This document shows, one piece after another, positions 1-12,430 of a DNA stretch of 64,000 nucleotides. The position numbers were made by a program, and so were the translations under genes. The stretch's first letter is position 1. Each line of letters opens with the position of its first letter. Under the pieces are notes generated by a model. It was not told the origin of the DNA, did not search any database, and saw only the letters and a program-made list of their open reading frames with translations. Source of the DNA: Psammoneis japonica (Eukaryota); the NCBI GenBank assembly GCA_008632985.1, contig QPGO01000019.1, forward strand, positions 372,001 through 436,000. The letters run 5' to 3'.

Positions 1-1
1 A

Positions 2-2605
2 AAAAGAGAGCCACTGGACTACGTGGTTTTTGTAGATGATGATCAATACTGGATGCCGCACTTCGTCTCGTCTCTTGTTGGCAAACACAAACCCAAAGGA
101 ATGACAACCTGGTACGGGAAGAAATTTGAATTTCGGGACAATAACGGTCTTGCTGACTACTGGAAGTCAGCCATTACTTGGACCGACATTTTGAAGTCGG
201 ACAAGCCGTCAGTGTCAACGTTTACGTACGGTGGACCAGGAGGATCAATTATTGATGGTAATTTGTGGCTTCTGGACAACCAGTTACTACGTCTCAAGAC
301 GGATCTTTCGATGTTTCACAAGTACGATGACATCTGGGTATCGTACATTATGGATGGCCTTTTAGGATGGGAAGTTCGGCGCCTCTTGACTCCAGTGTGC
401 GTCGATATTGCTAACGTTCACACAAGCTTTTATGCTAAAAATGTTCTCATGCTCGTGGAAGAAAAGCCGCTCGCACGTCTCATGGAAATCAATGCACAAC
501 TGCGGAATGAGATTAAGGCCGTGGCCACATGGGAGTCGGCCAAGATCGACAAGAAGCACATGTTTCAGGTGATGCAACTGCGCTTTGCCTGGGATGTAAC
601 ATACGATCCCAAGGTACCCTCCCCCAGAAGAGGTAAAATGCAAGAGAAAGCATTGGATCGATTGTGTATCAGCAGCAATGACACCGATATTAAGTCACAC
701 CCGCTGTATGCCAAGGCTGAGTTTCTCGCGAAAGCTCAACCCATGAATGAGGAAATTCGGCACCAGTATCGCAACGTTCTACTCTTTCTGCAGCAACAAA
801 ATCTGACTCGAATCATTGTCTACGGCCTGCGTGTCTCCGACTTGACGCATCAATGGATTCACTTTGGTTGGTTCCGATCTTGGCTAGACATCATACTCCA
901 ATCAAACGAAGAAATGCAGCTGGAACTATGCTGGATTGACAAGAATGAGCTCGAGTCGGTTCCGCAAGACGCTTGGGAACATGCCCTAGTCATGTCATCG
1001 TATGGGACTGGTATTTATGGGTTTGATGACATTGAGCCCTTGTTTGTAAACTCGTCCATTTATATTTTGCACGTGCACGATGCGGGGGATCGAAAGGATC
1101 TTTCCTCTATTAAGAATGCCTTTCACTGGTATCGATACGAATACACCAACAGTTTCAAAGAGAAGTACAATGATGGGCTGTTTCTCGAGTGGGCGACAGA
1201 CCTCAATCCATTCGAAATTGAGCACAACCGACCAACAGCAGATAACTTGACTTTTGCTGACAAGAACAAGGGAATTGTCCTAGTTGGTACGATTTGGTAT
1301 CGAAACAAGGCGGAATGGGAGCACATTACACACATTGCGAGTAGCCACTCACTTGTCTTTCACCAATATGGCCGAGTCTCGACTGACATTGACGACATGG
1401 AGGGACCATCCTTTGTTCGTCACTCGGGTTATCTTGGCCATAAGGCGCAATACGAGACGATGCGCGACGCCTACTTGACACCTGCAATTCAAGGAGACGG
1501 ACATTTAGTTCGTGGATATGTACCCTGTCGTATTTTCAAAACTGTTTCTGCCGGCAATCTGGGTGTTTCCAACAACAGGGCGGTCGGCGATCTCTTTCCT
1601 CCGGAATCCATTGTCGTGAGGCACGGGACTTCTCGTGATGATTTGAACTTACTCATTGCAAACGCAATCGAGGCGCTCAAAAACAGTTCGCAGCTGGTTG
1701 CCAGAATCAACGCTGCAATGACCTATGTTCAGCAGGAGCACACCTATCTTGCTCGTTTCAACAGTTTTGCAAATTTCGTCAAAAGCACCCAACGAGAAAG
1801 AGAGGCGGAATGTCACGACACCTTGGATGACATTGCCATGGTAGACTTGGAAACCGGCACTCCTCGATGCATGAGGTACGAAGATAATCACTATCATATC
1901 ATCATGGCATTGTTGGGAGGAGTTCCTATGAAATTTGACAACATGACTGCGATTCCACCCCTGCAGCGCGGCATGCTGCGGCTGCTGGGCCCGGTTGTCA
2001 AGTGCATTCCGACCAAAACAACAACATGGCGGCCTGCCAGCATGATGGACATTTCTTCTGAATCAAAACCGCGCATTTTTGAAAAGCTATCCAATGTTAG
2101 CGCTGCGTGCTCAGCATGTTCCAGGCATCGGCGTCCCACCACCAAAGCGTGTTTGCACATCGCCAGGGCGAGGGATCGACGGCTTCTTGACTGCAATCTG
2201 GAAGAGTTGTGTGACACATTGCTGATTGAGGATGGTATGGATTTTTGCACGCTTTGGAACACGTATTTGGCTTATGACACCATCGTCTCGATTCACGGTT
2301 ATCAATTGACCTTGGCCGTCCTGTCTAAGCCTAGCCATTTAGTTGAGGCAGCATGGCCGGGATATCGACCTGAGTTTTATGAAGAATTGTCTGGTCTACT
2401 GGATGTGGATTATTCCTTTACGTTTGTGCACTCGCCAGAGGGAAAATTTAATGAACGAAACAAAAGCAGTGAGAGTTGCTTCCACGATGTCAAGTGTCGA
2501 AGAAAGGAACGTGCGAAAGACGCATACTGCGACACGCAAGATTCCAAAGCTGCGATGAAAAACATGGTGCGCCAGAACATGTCGCTTGCGAAAGCAGTTC
2601 AGTAA
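2..2605 (+). CDS. Multi-domain glycosyltransferase-like protein, 5'-truncated by the window edge (GT-A/GT2-like + Glyco_trans_1_2/CgeB-like + GT61-like regions)
   Basis: Frame is open from position 2 (KREPLDYVVFVDDDQY). DDD and DDIWVS motifs are GT-A-like; GYVPCRIFK...EHTYLARF is CgeB/Glyco_trans_1_2-like; C-terminal IVSIHGYQLT is GT61-like. Normal Tyr and TpA content. Confidence 0.75.
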   Translation, partial: KREPLDYVVFVDDDQYWMPHFVSSLVGKHKPKGMTTWYGKKFEFRDNNGLADYWKSAITWTDILKSDKPSVSTFTYGGPGGSIIDGNLWLLDNQLLRLKTDLSMFHKYDDIWVSYIMDGLLGWEVRRLLTPVCVDIANVHTSFYAKNVLMLVEEKPLARLMEINAQLRNEIKAVATWESAKIDKKHMFQVMQLRFAWDVTYDPKVPSPRRGKMQEKALDRLCISSNDTDIKSHPLYAKAEFLAKAQPMNEEIRHQYRNVLLFLQQQNLTRIIVYGLRVSDLTHQWIHFGWFRSWLDIILQSNEEMQLELCWIDKNELESVPQDAWEHALVMSSYGTGIYGFDDIEPLFVNSSIYILHVHDAGDRKDLSSIKNAFHWYRYEYTNSFKEKYNDGLFLEWATDLNPFEIEHNRPTADNLTFADKNKGIVLVGTIWYRNKAEWEHITHIASSHSLVFHQYGRVSTDIDDMEGPSFVRHSGYLGHKAQYETMRDAYLTPAIQGDGHLVRGYVPCRIFKTVSAGNLGVSNNRAVGDLFPPESIVVRHGTSRDDLNLLIANAIEALKNSSQLVARINAAMTYVQQEHTYLARFNSFANFVKSTQREREAECHDTLDDIAMVDLETGTPRCMRYEDNHYHIIMALLGGVPMKFDNMTAIPPLQRGMLRLLGPVVKCIPTKTTTWRPASMMDISSESKPRIFEKLSNVSAACSACSRHRRPTTKACLHIARARDRRLLDCNLEELCDTLLIEDGMDFCTLWNTYLAYDTIVSIHGYQLTLAVLSKPSHLVEAAWPGYRPEFYEELSGLLDVDYSFTFVHSPEGKFNERNKSSESCFHDVKCRRKERAKDAYCDTQDSKAAMKNMVRQNMSLAKAVQ

Positions 2606-2739
2606 TTTCTTTCCTTGCAGAGAAGACTACAAAAGTAAAATGCCGAATCATCTGTAAATGTGCTTCATCAACGTGTGTCCGTTGCCAGAGAAAAATCTCC
2701 TGCCTGATGCACCATAGAATGAATTAAGGTGGTGCTGTA

Positions 2740-5395
2740 CGGGTGCAAACATCGGCCATAAATTTTCGACCGTAGAACTTTGTTTATTTCCTCTACACAA
2801 AATTGCCAAGGTCACTTGGACAATTCACATGACATCCTCTACACAAAATTGCCAAGGTCACTTGGACAATTCACATGATAAAGAGTTCAGACTGCTTCTT
2901 GTCTAGACTCCCCATGACTTTTTTGCTGTGGAGAGTTGAGAGTTGCAGCATTTGTCATTGTGGGAAAGTGAAGTGAGGCACTTTTCAGGCATGCTTGCCA
3001 CATCATCTGCTGCATCACTTTGGCCCAAGAAGTGGTTGTGTGAGTTCTGATGTGCCACCCTGCCTGCCATCCTGGTGGCACTGAGCCAACTTGACACAAC
3101 CCCAGCTTGAGGCTTCTAAGTGGCACCTGCTGTGGTCCCCTGCCAGACCTTGACATTGTTGGCTGCTGCAAATGTCTCAGTCAGAACAGGGTTGGTGCCA
3201 ATGGTGCTGAGGTGATGTTCCTGTGCAGTCATTTCATTGAAGCCTTTGGAGCAGTTTTCCAAGCAAAAACCCATCAATGGAGTTGCTTCATGGCTGGATG
3301 TCATGCATGGTGCAAACCAGTGGAATTTTTGTCTCCCTGTGCTGAGCCAAAAGGTGGACTTGACTGGCTTGGGCCAGTCTTTTTCAATGACAGTTGGCAG
3401 TCTGCCATTCTGAGGTGCTCGAGGCCTCTTGCTGCATTGAAGGTGATGCCCACAGGCCACAATGCATGGGAAATGTCATTGCAGTCATGTGCCGTGTGCG
3501 TGCCACACACTTGAGATTCATCTCTCTTGCAGGGGTGCAGTGCACAGTGCATGGCCCACAGACTCATCTGCAGATTGGCGCCATTCTTGTCCTCAGCAGC
3601 TGTGTGCCACATCACCTTGCATGAAGTGCAAACCTTGTGGTCATTCAGATGCTGCAGCTTGTTCTTGACTGAGTTGATTCTCTGCTCATCTGCTGGTGTT
3701 TTTGATGCAACATTGGCAAACCTGGGCAATGGCAGGGAGACAACAGCATGTGCAGCTGCAACAGCCACCACCCTCCATGGCATTTGGCTGTTGTTGCACA
3801 GCAGTGTTGAAGAACACCCATCAATGCAAAATTGCAATGTGGACAAAAGTTGAGTGGCCAGCACAGTGGTTGTGTCAATTGCTGTTTCTGTTTTCTGTTG
3901 TCGCGCATGTGCTGCTCTTGCACTTTGATCAATGTGCAAATGATCAAACCACATGGCTGGTTTCAATGCTGCAAGAATTTGCAACCACAATGAGTGCCAA
4001 CTTCATGCATCAAATTGGTGCCATTGCTGTGCAGCAACTGCATGGCAGAATGACAAACTGTGGGCCAACACTCTCACCCAGCAATTTTTGAAAACAATTG
4101 CTCATGCCGTTGCCCTCACTCTGTGATGACTTTTAATTTTGGAGGGAAGTGGTGTCCCAAGTTCAACCATGTTGCTCTGTGTCCATGATGAGTGCTCAAA
4201 AGTGTGCCAGAACAGTGGGCGCTGTTGTTGTCAAGCACCAAACTTGAACAGGTTCTGAGAGTCTTCTGCTTCTCAAATTTGGGCAACTCATGCACCTGAA
4301 AATGCATTCTCTCATCAACTCTGACTTGATGGAACGTGCGACATTGTCAAAAGTCATTGGCATTTGTGCTGGCATTTGGGTTGGCCACACGCAGAGCAAC
4401 AGCTTTGACAAAGTTGGCAAAATGTCCTGCATCCATGCACAACAGAGAGCAAACCAGAAAGAATTGTTGTGATGTTCATGTTGGGCATGTCTCAATGAGT
4501 GAGCTGCTGGTGACAACAAGTGCCATGAGCTTCTCATCATCACACAATTCTAAAAAGTGTGCCAAAATGATGTCAGTTCCACCACTGCAAATTCTTTGTC
4601 CTGCATGATGTGCTCCTTCTGCATCTTGGTGTCTCATGTCCCTCCCACCACCCCACCACTTGGCAAAGTGGCCACTGGTGCCAAGGATTTTTTGTGGCAA
4701 GTCTGTCACAAAAAGCAGAAGCTCCTGCACAAACCTGTGTGAATGCCTGCAGCAATGAGTGGTGCAAACACCAAAATTGGGCTTCTGATTGCACTCAAAA
4801 TTGTCAAAGCACCAGCGACTTTGCCAGATTTCAGCACACTTTTGTGGGGAGCTGTGTGCATCTGTGTTCAAAGTGGACAAAAGAACAAATTCTCTTGGTG
4901 GTTCAGGCAGCCCAACAGAGAGGACTCCAGCCAGCTGCTCAAGTGTGGGTGTGTCCAAAAAATGAAGATGCTGTTGCAACCATTGCCAAGTGATTTTTGG
5001 TGGCATTTTGGGGCTCTGTGTGTGATGCGTTTGTGTGGAAATTGTGCAAATGCAGGTGCTGCAGTGCAGATGACAAGCATGGCAAAGAGATGAGCTAAAT
5101 GCATTCAAGACAAGGGCCAAAGACCAGCAAATGGAGAGCCCAAAAAGAAGAAAAAGGAGACCAGGAGACAACAAGTGGCAATTGAGGACAGAGAAAAGAG
5201 AAACATTTTGAGTTGGTGCAATGTTTTTAAAGAAGAAAGGTGTGTGAAGGAGGAAGGAATGCATGAATCAAATGCAAGCAAATGAACAAACAAACAAATC
5301 AGCTCCACACATCCACAACATTGACAGCATCAATCAATCTGATCATTTTGTAAAAATTTGAACTCTGCATGTTTGTCAAGAGCTGTTTGCACCTG
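2740..5395 (-). mobile_element. Heavily degraded repeat or element with a decayed minus-strand ORF; family unknown
   Basis: Nearly devoid of both TpA and CpG. Broken minus-strand ORFs at 3301-3990 and 4476-5264. Possible 12-bp terminal inverted repeat cgggtgcaaaca (2740) / tgtttgcacctg (5384-5395); this is weak. Confidence 0.35.
2789..2878. repeat. Tandem duplication, 46-bp unit x2
   Basis: tcctctacacaaaattgccaaggtcacttggacaattcacatga occurs at 2789 and 2835. Confidence 0.9.
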
Positions 5396-5779
5396 TCTTT
5401 GCATGGCTGATCATTGCCGCCAAAAAACACCTGATCTTCAAGCAAATTGGGTGTTTGTCAGTGGCTTGCCTTCTAAAGTGCTGGCTCTCCAAAGCAGAAG
5501 GGCCGCGGCAGTTCAGTGTTGCATGATGTGAGCACACTTTCCAAGCAAACTTGCAAGCATGCATTCTGCACAAAAATCCTTGCAGCAGAAGACCCTGTGT
5601 GCCCTCTGCCCTGCACATGCTCCCACTGTGTGCTCAACATGCCTTGGACACAACCTTTTTGTTTGGGGGTGGCAATGACCAAGAGGGACCCAAAGCTTGT
5701 TTTGTGACATTCTTGCCAGGCCAAAGCCCTCCTTGTCATTTGCTGTCTCCACTGCAGCTGTTCTTGGCCATTTTTGCCT

Positions 5780-6160
5780 CATCTCATCTGACAGTGGTTG
5801 TGCCAAACTTGGAGTGCAACTGCAAGAACAAACACCATGACTGCACTGAACAAGGCAATCTGAGCCAATTGCTGACAGCACTGCGTTGGCACCACATTTG
5901 CCAAGTTGTCAAGATGATTGCAATCACAATTCAAACAACCTTGTGCTTCCAGTTGCTTCAAGAAAAGCATCAAAGGTTTGCCAGAGTTTGCTCCTCAATG
6001 TGCTCCTGCAAGACTTTGGGGTCTCTCACCTGACTGTGGTTGCATTGAATTTGAGGCACAGCTGCAACAAACACCATTGCTGCACCCAACAAGGCAATCT
6101 GAGCCAGTCAATGACAGCACTGCATCAACATCACATTTGTCATGTCGTCAAGATGATTTG
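5780..6160 (-). pseudogene. Two degenerate tandem copies of the 3' end of the adjacent SLC35B transporter gene
   Basis: 6001-6160 aligns to 6283-6455 and shares caaacaccattgctgcacccaacaaggcaatc exactly. 5780-5925 is a more diverged copy. Many differences are CG->TG/CA and TA->TG/CA. Confidence 0.8.
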
Positions 6161-6282
6161 AAAATGCAGCTGGCCCCTCTCTCAAGCGACAAAAAAGAAG
6201 GAATCAGCGTCACCACAAAGACATTCTGTAAAGGGGGGCGTGGAATTAGAATGCACAAACATGCCTGAGCAACCTGTTTAGT

Positions 6283-7662
6283 TTATTCCTGCAAGACTTC
6301 AGGGTCTCTCGCCAGGCTGTAGTTGCGTCGAATCTGGAACGCAACCGTAGCAAACACCATTGCTGCACCCAACAAGGCAATCAGGGGCAATCCATGTCCA
6401 AAGACAATCGATGACAGCACCGTTGCCATCATTTGCCGAGTCGTCATTATGACTGTAAAGACTACTGGTCCATACTCTCGAATCACATAAAAGACACAGA
6501 GTTGACCGACGCAAGAGGCAAACGCAGCTTTTGAAAGGTACTTGAGTGCAACATGATTTTCCTTAAGAAAGTCAAAGACCACACCAATCTCGCCGGATGC
6601 AACGAGACTAATGCTTGTAAAGGAAATGGCAAAAAGGTTGACTGCCATCATCATTTGGAATGGGTCAACATTGCGTCGCCCATACGTATTGTATATTTTC
6701 CTTTGCCACTGACTGGTGAATGCATCACAAAAGAGAAAACCCAATATAAGTAGGTATCCAAGGAGTGAGCTACCACCCATATCGTTGAGAGCTTGAAAGC
6801 GACTTGCAGCTGAAAAGATAATTACGCCAATGGTAATCACGACGGCTTCCATGTATTCTCCCCACGAATATCTGGTGCCATTCAGAAGCTTTCCCACAAT
6901 CATTACCGATACAACCTTCAATGACTTGGAAACCATCATGACGGGAAATGAAATCAACCGGAGCGATGAGTACTGAAAAAGGCTGCTGAGAGTATTGCTA
7001 CAAGCACAGGGACTGAAGGCCCGAAGCGGAGACTTTTGGAAACTTCCCGAGAATCCGCGTTGATAAAAGACAACAAAAGAGCTCACAAGTACCGCAGCCA
7101 ATCGATTGGTCCATACGCAAAAGGCGGCAGAGGGAAATCGACCGTTCGGAACGCGATCCGTGGGTTTGAAATCCGTCGTCATGATGAGCTCTTTTTGGTA
7201 TCCCCATATCAAGTAAGACACCTGTAGGGTAGCAATGGACAATACAAGAGTAATTGCGCTCTTGACAAATGCACTGCTATGATCCCCACAGAGCAAAATG
7301 CTTAATCTTTCAACCAAGTCTTGTTCTTCGCTGCTTTCGGTCAATCTGTTACTCGTGCTCATATTATTTTCCTCCGCATCCTCAGCATTGACTGAGACTT
7401 CCGGCAGAAACCATTGTACAACTCTGTTTAGTAAACCCAGAAAATTTTGGTTAGTTCCAGCTCCGTACTCTTCTTCATCAACATGTAATGGCTCCAACAC
7501 TCGGATTGTCGCCAGCTCCTCTGGGTCCAGGGTTTCGCTGTTTGACCCTGACGGTGATGAGCCATCAGCTACTATTTCGTCGTTTGTGGGAAGAAGAGCT
7601 TCTGCCAATGTACTAAAAGTGTAAACAAAGGGATGGGAAATGCGTTGTAATGTGTCAGACAT
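6283..7662 (-). CDS. UAA-family nucleotide-sugar/PAPS transporter (SLC35B2/PAPST1-like)
   Basis: 459-aa multi-TM ORF with family motifs FQYSSLRLISFPVMMVSKSLKVVSVMIVGK, DAFTSQWQ and GQLCVFYVIREYGPVVFTVIMTTRQ. Confidence 0.9.
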   Translation of the reverse strand: MSDTLQRISHPFVYTFSTLAEALLPTNDEIVADGSSPSGSNSETLDPEELATIRVLEPLHVDEEEYGAGTNQNFLGLLNRVVQWFLPEVSVNAEDAEENNMSTSNRLTESSEEQDLVERLSILLCGDHSSAFVKSAITLVLSIATLQVSYLIWGYQKELIMTTDFKPTDRVPNGRFPSAAFCVWTNRLAAVLVSSFVVFYQRGFSGSFQKSPLRAFSPCACSNTLSSLFQYSSLRLISFPVMMVSKSLKVVSVMIVGKLLNGTRYSWGEYMEAVVITIGVIIFSAASRFQALNDMGGSSLLGYLLILGFLFCDAFTSQWQRKIYNTYGRRNVDPFQMMMAVNLFAISFTSISLVASGEIGVVFDFLKENHVALKYLSKAAFASCVGQLCVFYVIREYGPVVFTVIMTTRQMMATVLSSIVFGHGLPLIALLGAAMVFATVAFQIRRNYSLARDPEVLQE

Positions 7663-10600
7663 GTGGTTTCACACGAAAATCACACGGCGTTGGCTTCCGT
7701 TTGCACAAGCAACCGCAGCGCGATAGTTTCTCAGAATAGCAGACGTCGCGCAGGCACTCTTGAGCTCCATTTTCTTCATTCGAATTCAATGCAGACATCA
7801 TGGTGGATTGTGCTTTCCACTGTAAAGTAAAGCAGGAACGTCTCAATCAGTGGCTCTGACAGACAACAAAGCGGCGGATAAAGATAGATGGTGCGCAGAG
7901 GGATAAGCTGCTGGAAAAAAACGATTGTGCTGCTGCGGCACAACTTGATGACAAGGCGACCCGGCGCCATGTGGTCCTGTGCATTGGGGGCACAGACAGA
8001 CGCCACCCGCAGCAGCACATGCATGCATGCATTGCACTGCCACAGATGCCCAACACCAAAATCACAGTCTCGATGTGAAAAGCCTTCAATGACACCAATG
8101 TTGTCTGACTTCATTTCAAAAACATTCGCTTGTCCACTCGTGTTGGTAAATTTCAAGATTCTCTCGCTCTCGCTCGATTGCTCAAGAACAACAACCAAAA
8201 GCACAAAAACCCAAAACACCGGTCGAGTCAGGTCCCACGGTCGGACACACCCAGCATGAGGAATCACAGACAAGCCGGCCAGGCAGATGATGATGTCAAT
8301 GTTGCAGCATGATGATGCTCAGGGCAACAAGCAGGCGTGACAAAATCACATCATTGAAAGTTGAAAGTTGTGAGCGAGTTGACGATGGTGGCGGCGGGAA
8401 GAAGCGAGGTGTCTCGCAGTCACGGATGAGGACGATGTCTCCACGGAGTGTCTCCCAGTCTCACCCCTGTCCCTGCTTTTTGAGTGCTTCTCAAGTGTTG
8501 CAAGACTTAAAAACAAGATCCAATGGCAGATGTGTGGCTCAAGCACAGCTGGCAAACGTCGAGCTTGTGAGCACAAACGCAGAAAACTGCCACATGGTGT
8601 CGCTCCGTGCATTGAAAAACATGCATTGAGCTCCGTTTTCCACCTCAGATGTCAACTCATGCCAACTTGTTAATGACCACAGAGGACAAAATTTCCCCAA
8701 CCTGCCAAAATTGGGACAAACATCGAACGATGGTGTCGGGTGCTGTCAGCACGCTTTGAAAGATTTGCCATCAAGCACAAACTCTTTGCTGCCCTTGCAA
8801 TGGGTTGCGAGCATGCAAGGTGAGAGTTCATCTCTTTTGCCATGCATGTCTCTGCTGAAATTACAGTTGTCAATCTAGAGCCACCTGGGAGAGAATCCAA
8901 CTCCACCTTGGCAAAGGACCTGCTGTGTGGATCGGTTTCAAGAACCCCACAACAACTCCCACACGATTTTCATCACAAAAAGGGAGACAGAGTGGACAAT
9001 CTGCCAAACTGCCGTGATTCAAACTGTCGCTCAGCCGGCAGCTGCTTGCAAAGGTGGAAACTGTCATGTGACAATTGCTTTGCCACAACACACCCAGAGT
9101 GGGTCATTTGAAACTTGAAGACGAGGAGCCCCACAAACTCTTTCGATTGACCAACGACTCCATTGTCATTTTGCAGACTGGTGTTGAAGGGACAAGAACT
9201 TGAATCCCCACCTGCACACTGGAATCTGTTCAATTCCCCATGTTTGTTTCTTTGTGCATGCAACAAGGCTGCCACTGCAGGACTCATGGTGACTTCATGT
9301 GACACCACACAGATGAATCCAATTCTGTCAGTTCATCAGCAACTCTTTGTCATGTCCTTTCTCAACCTCACTTGCCACTGGAAGTCACACTTCCTCCCTC
9401 CATTGCTCCTGTGAGAACCACATCCTCCATCTTTTTTACCTTCCCAATGGCTTCCTCTTGTTTGGAACTTCCGTCCTTTCCTGTCGCTTTGTGAAAGGCA
9501 AGTTGCAAAATGAATGCACTTTGCATGTGATTTTCTTGGTTTTGTCATTGCTTGCGTGTCCTCTCTTGATTCAAACAGGTCTTTGTGTCATTTTTGAGTG
9601 CTCATTCCCAACCCCATGTTTGAATTTCTGTCAACGTTCCACTGTTTTGAATTTTGTGCCTTTGTCAGCCAATCCAACACACCAGTGAAGATTGCAATGT
9701 CATTCAAATCAATGTCAAACAACATGTTGCATCTCCTTGTGTCAGTGCATGCATTGTGCCTGCTTCCTGATGCAACATCTGTTTCACTCGGTTTGCCAAG
9801 TCGTGTCAAACCTCCTGTTTGTTTGCACAAATCCATGTCGCTCATTGTCTCATGTCAATTCATCCCTGTCTTAACAGGTCATTCTCTCTGCTTCCCCGAC
9901 ACCACATCTCTCCAATTGCTCTCTCTGTTGCCCAAATTGTCCAACCCACTTTCAATGGCTGCCAAAGGGTGTCATTGTCACTGAGATGTGGTTGCTGTGA
10001 GTCGCTCCCATTGTGGGAACGCGCGTTCCCTCTGCTGCAATCACATGCCGCCAATTGATGATCAAATTGGTCATTTTGCTGGTGGTGGTGTGGAATCACA
10101 TGGTGGTGCGGCAAGCTTTGCCTTCTTTGCCGAGGTTGTTTGCACAACCCCACTCTCCTTGCGGCCCAAATTCGAAGCCCTTTTAATTTCCTCGACGTTG
10201 GTGGTGGTGTTGGCGGTTTTGCGATTGCCTGTCATTTGCTTGTTCCTGCCTGCAATGCCTGCAGCATCAAGTTCCACCACCCCCGTCATGACTTGGGCTC
10301 TCAGTGGTGCAATGCCATCTGGCACAACCATGCCAGTTGCTGTCCCACCCTGATCAATCAGGGCTTCCTCTCTGAAGATGATGCTGTGCGTTGGTTGCGC
10401 CATCTGAACAACTTAAAGATTTTCTTCAATGACTGCAATGGGCGAATGCTTTTTGACAACAATGCAACACAGAACCAACTCGAGGAGATGCTGTCCAACG
10501 AGTGTCCTGAAGTCACTGTCATCATTTCGTTGGGCGTGATGTTTTGTGTGTGTGCCCACAAATGGAGGCATGGAGCATTCTTTGTTCCTGCCTGTCCAGA

Positions 10601-10847
10601 CAATCTATCGTGGGGAGGTGGTGTCGACAGGCACCTGCTTCACAAGTGCACCAAGAAAAGAGATGATGCCGTGGAGCCAAGGCATTCCACTGGGAACGAC
10701 CTGGGGTCTGACATCAAATGAAAATTCAAGCCTGCCAAAAGTGGGTGACTTTGCAGTTCCCCTTTGTTCACAATGCAACTTTCTTCCATGCAAGCAATGC
10801 ATTGTCAATTGGCCCTTTACACAAACCTGCTTTTTGCCTCTGCCAAC

Positions 10848-11657
10848 TCACTGCTTCACTGGTTTTGCATTCCAACAACCACTTGTTTGCATGCTTGCCA
10901 TGTCGAAATTGTGGACCAGACATGCCATGTTCTTTCGATCTGAATTCGTTTTGTTGGGCAAAGCTCGGTGCAACATTCTTGCATCAAAAACAAATGCAGT
11001 GCCTGCTTCTCCAACCAGCAACTGTTTTTCCAAACCCAACCTGACCAAGTGTCTTTCACGTTCCTTCTCATTCAATGTCACCTCACAACCATCCAGCCAC
11101 ATCTCAACTGCACCATTGTGCTCCGATGTGTCATCGAGGAACAGAAACATGGTGAAAATTTTGATGCCAGGTGACAATTTTGTTTCCACGCAATCACGAT
11201 GAATTTCCCCCTTTGACCAGAAGTTTGATCTTGAACTTGAAGCAGGAGCATTTGCCACTGTGTGCCGGGACATCTTTCTGCACAAATCACCTGCCAGGGG
11301 AAAGCCAGGAATTAACTCCAACATTTTTTCTGCCAACTCAATGCCTTCTGCCTTGTCCTTTTTGTTGATGGTGAACTCACTGACAAAACGGTGTCCTTCC
11401 TTCTCTCGCTTGCTGCTTGGTGCCTTGTTTGCCAGTGTTGTCATCTGGTTGAGCAGGGGTTGTGGTGTTTTGAATTTTTGCAAGCAGCCTTTTTTTCCTT
11501 CCTGGTGCACTCTTTCTTTGGACCCAGCTGTCTTGCTCTTGACGACATGAGATTTCATTTTGCCCGGTTGTGTTGGCAACTTGCCATGTTTCTGACACAA
11601 CGTTGTTGGCCAACGGGCAAATTTCTGGCATCCGTTGACAGAACACTTCCACGCCAT
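10848..11657 (-). pseudogene. 2OG-Fe(II) dioxygenase (PhyH/phytanoyl-CoA dioxygenase-like) with N-terminal CxxxGC..C..HG zinc finger; TpA-mutated
   Basis: MAWKCSVNGCQKFARWPTTLCQKHG zinc finger. IHRD (HxD), FLFLDDTSEHNGA and GEAGTAFVFDARMLHRALPNKTNSDR (distal His and Arg) match the PhyH-type pattern. No Tyr in the ORF. Confidence 0.75.
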
Positions 11658-11763
11658 TCTCTGAAAATGCCTGTTCCACCAAATCAAATGGCACCCAGTC
11701 TTTTTTTTTTTAAGTGAAACAGACCCAATTAAGTGAAAGTCCGCATCCATTGCTGTGCAACGA

Positions 11764-11998
11764 AAACGGCTTTCTTGCCAAATGTGTGTTGCCAATGGCA
11801 GTCCATCTGTCGGGTGCACCACAGACGTTTTTTTCGTGAACAGTCCCGCGTGATGTGATCTTTGTCGATCCTGTTCACTGCAACATAAACGGCTTTCTTG
11901 CCAAATGTGTGTTGCCAACGGCAGTCCATCTGTCGGGTGCACCACAGACGTTTTTTTCGTGAACAGTCCCACGTGATGTGATCTTCGTCGATCCTGTT
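11764..11998. repeat. Tandem duplication, ~123-bp unit x2
   Basis: aaacggctttcttgccaaatgtgtgttgccaa...gtcgatcctgtt occurs at ~11764 and ~11887. Confidence 0.9.
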
Positions 11999-12199
11999 TG
12001 CTGCATGATCTCATCAAATGGGTCATCCCAGCTATCTCAAAAGCGCAGAAAACAATTTTGTTGCACACTGCATTGTTTGTGTTGTTGTGAGACATTTTCA
12101 CATCGCCGCCGCGGCAGACACAAAGGAACAGCCACCATCCACCGTTCATTCCGCACCACAAACAAGCTCTTTTGGAAGAATGCACACAATGAACAATTG

Positions 12200-12430
12200 C
12201 AAATGACAGGCATCACTTTTTTGTTAATGCACCTGTCTGTCAACAGAGCAATTTGGTGTCACTTTTTTGTTGTTGCAACTGTGTGTCAACAAAGCAATTT
12301 GGTGTCACTTTTCTGTTGTTGCACATGTTTGTCAACAGAAGAATTTGGCATCAGTTTTTTGTCAACACACACATCTGTCAACAGATGCCTTTGGCATCAC
12401 TTTTTTATTTGTGCACTCAACACTGGCCTG
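12200..12430. repeat. Degenerate ~45-bp tandem repeats
   Basis: Recurring (tt)tggYRtcacttttt...gtcaaca motif, about five copies. Confidence 0.65.
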
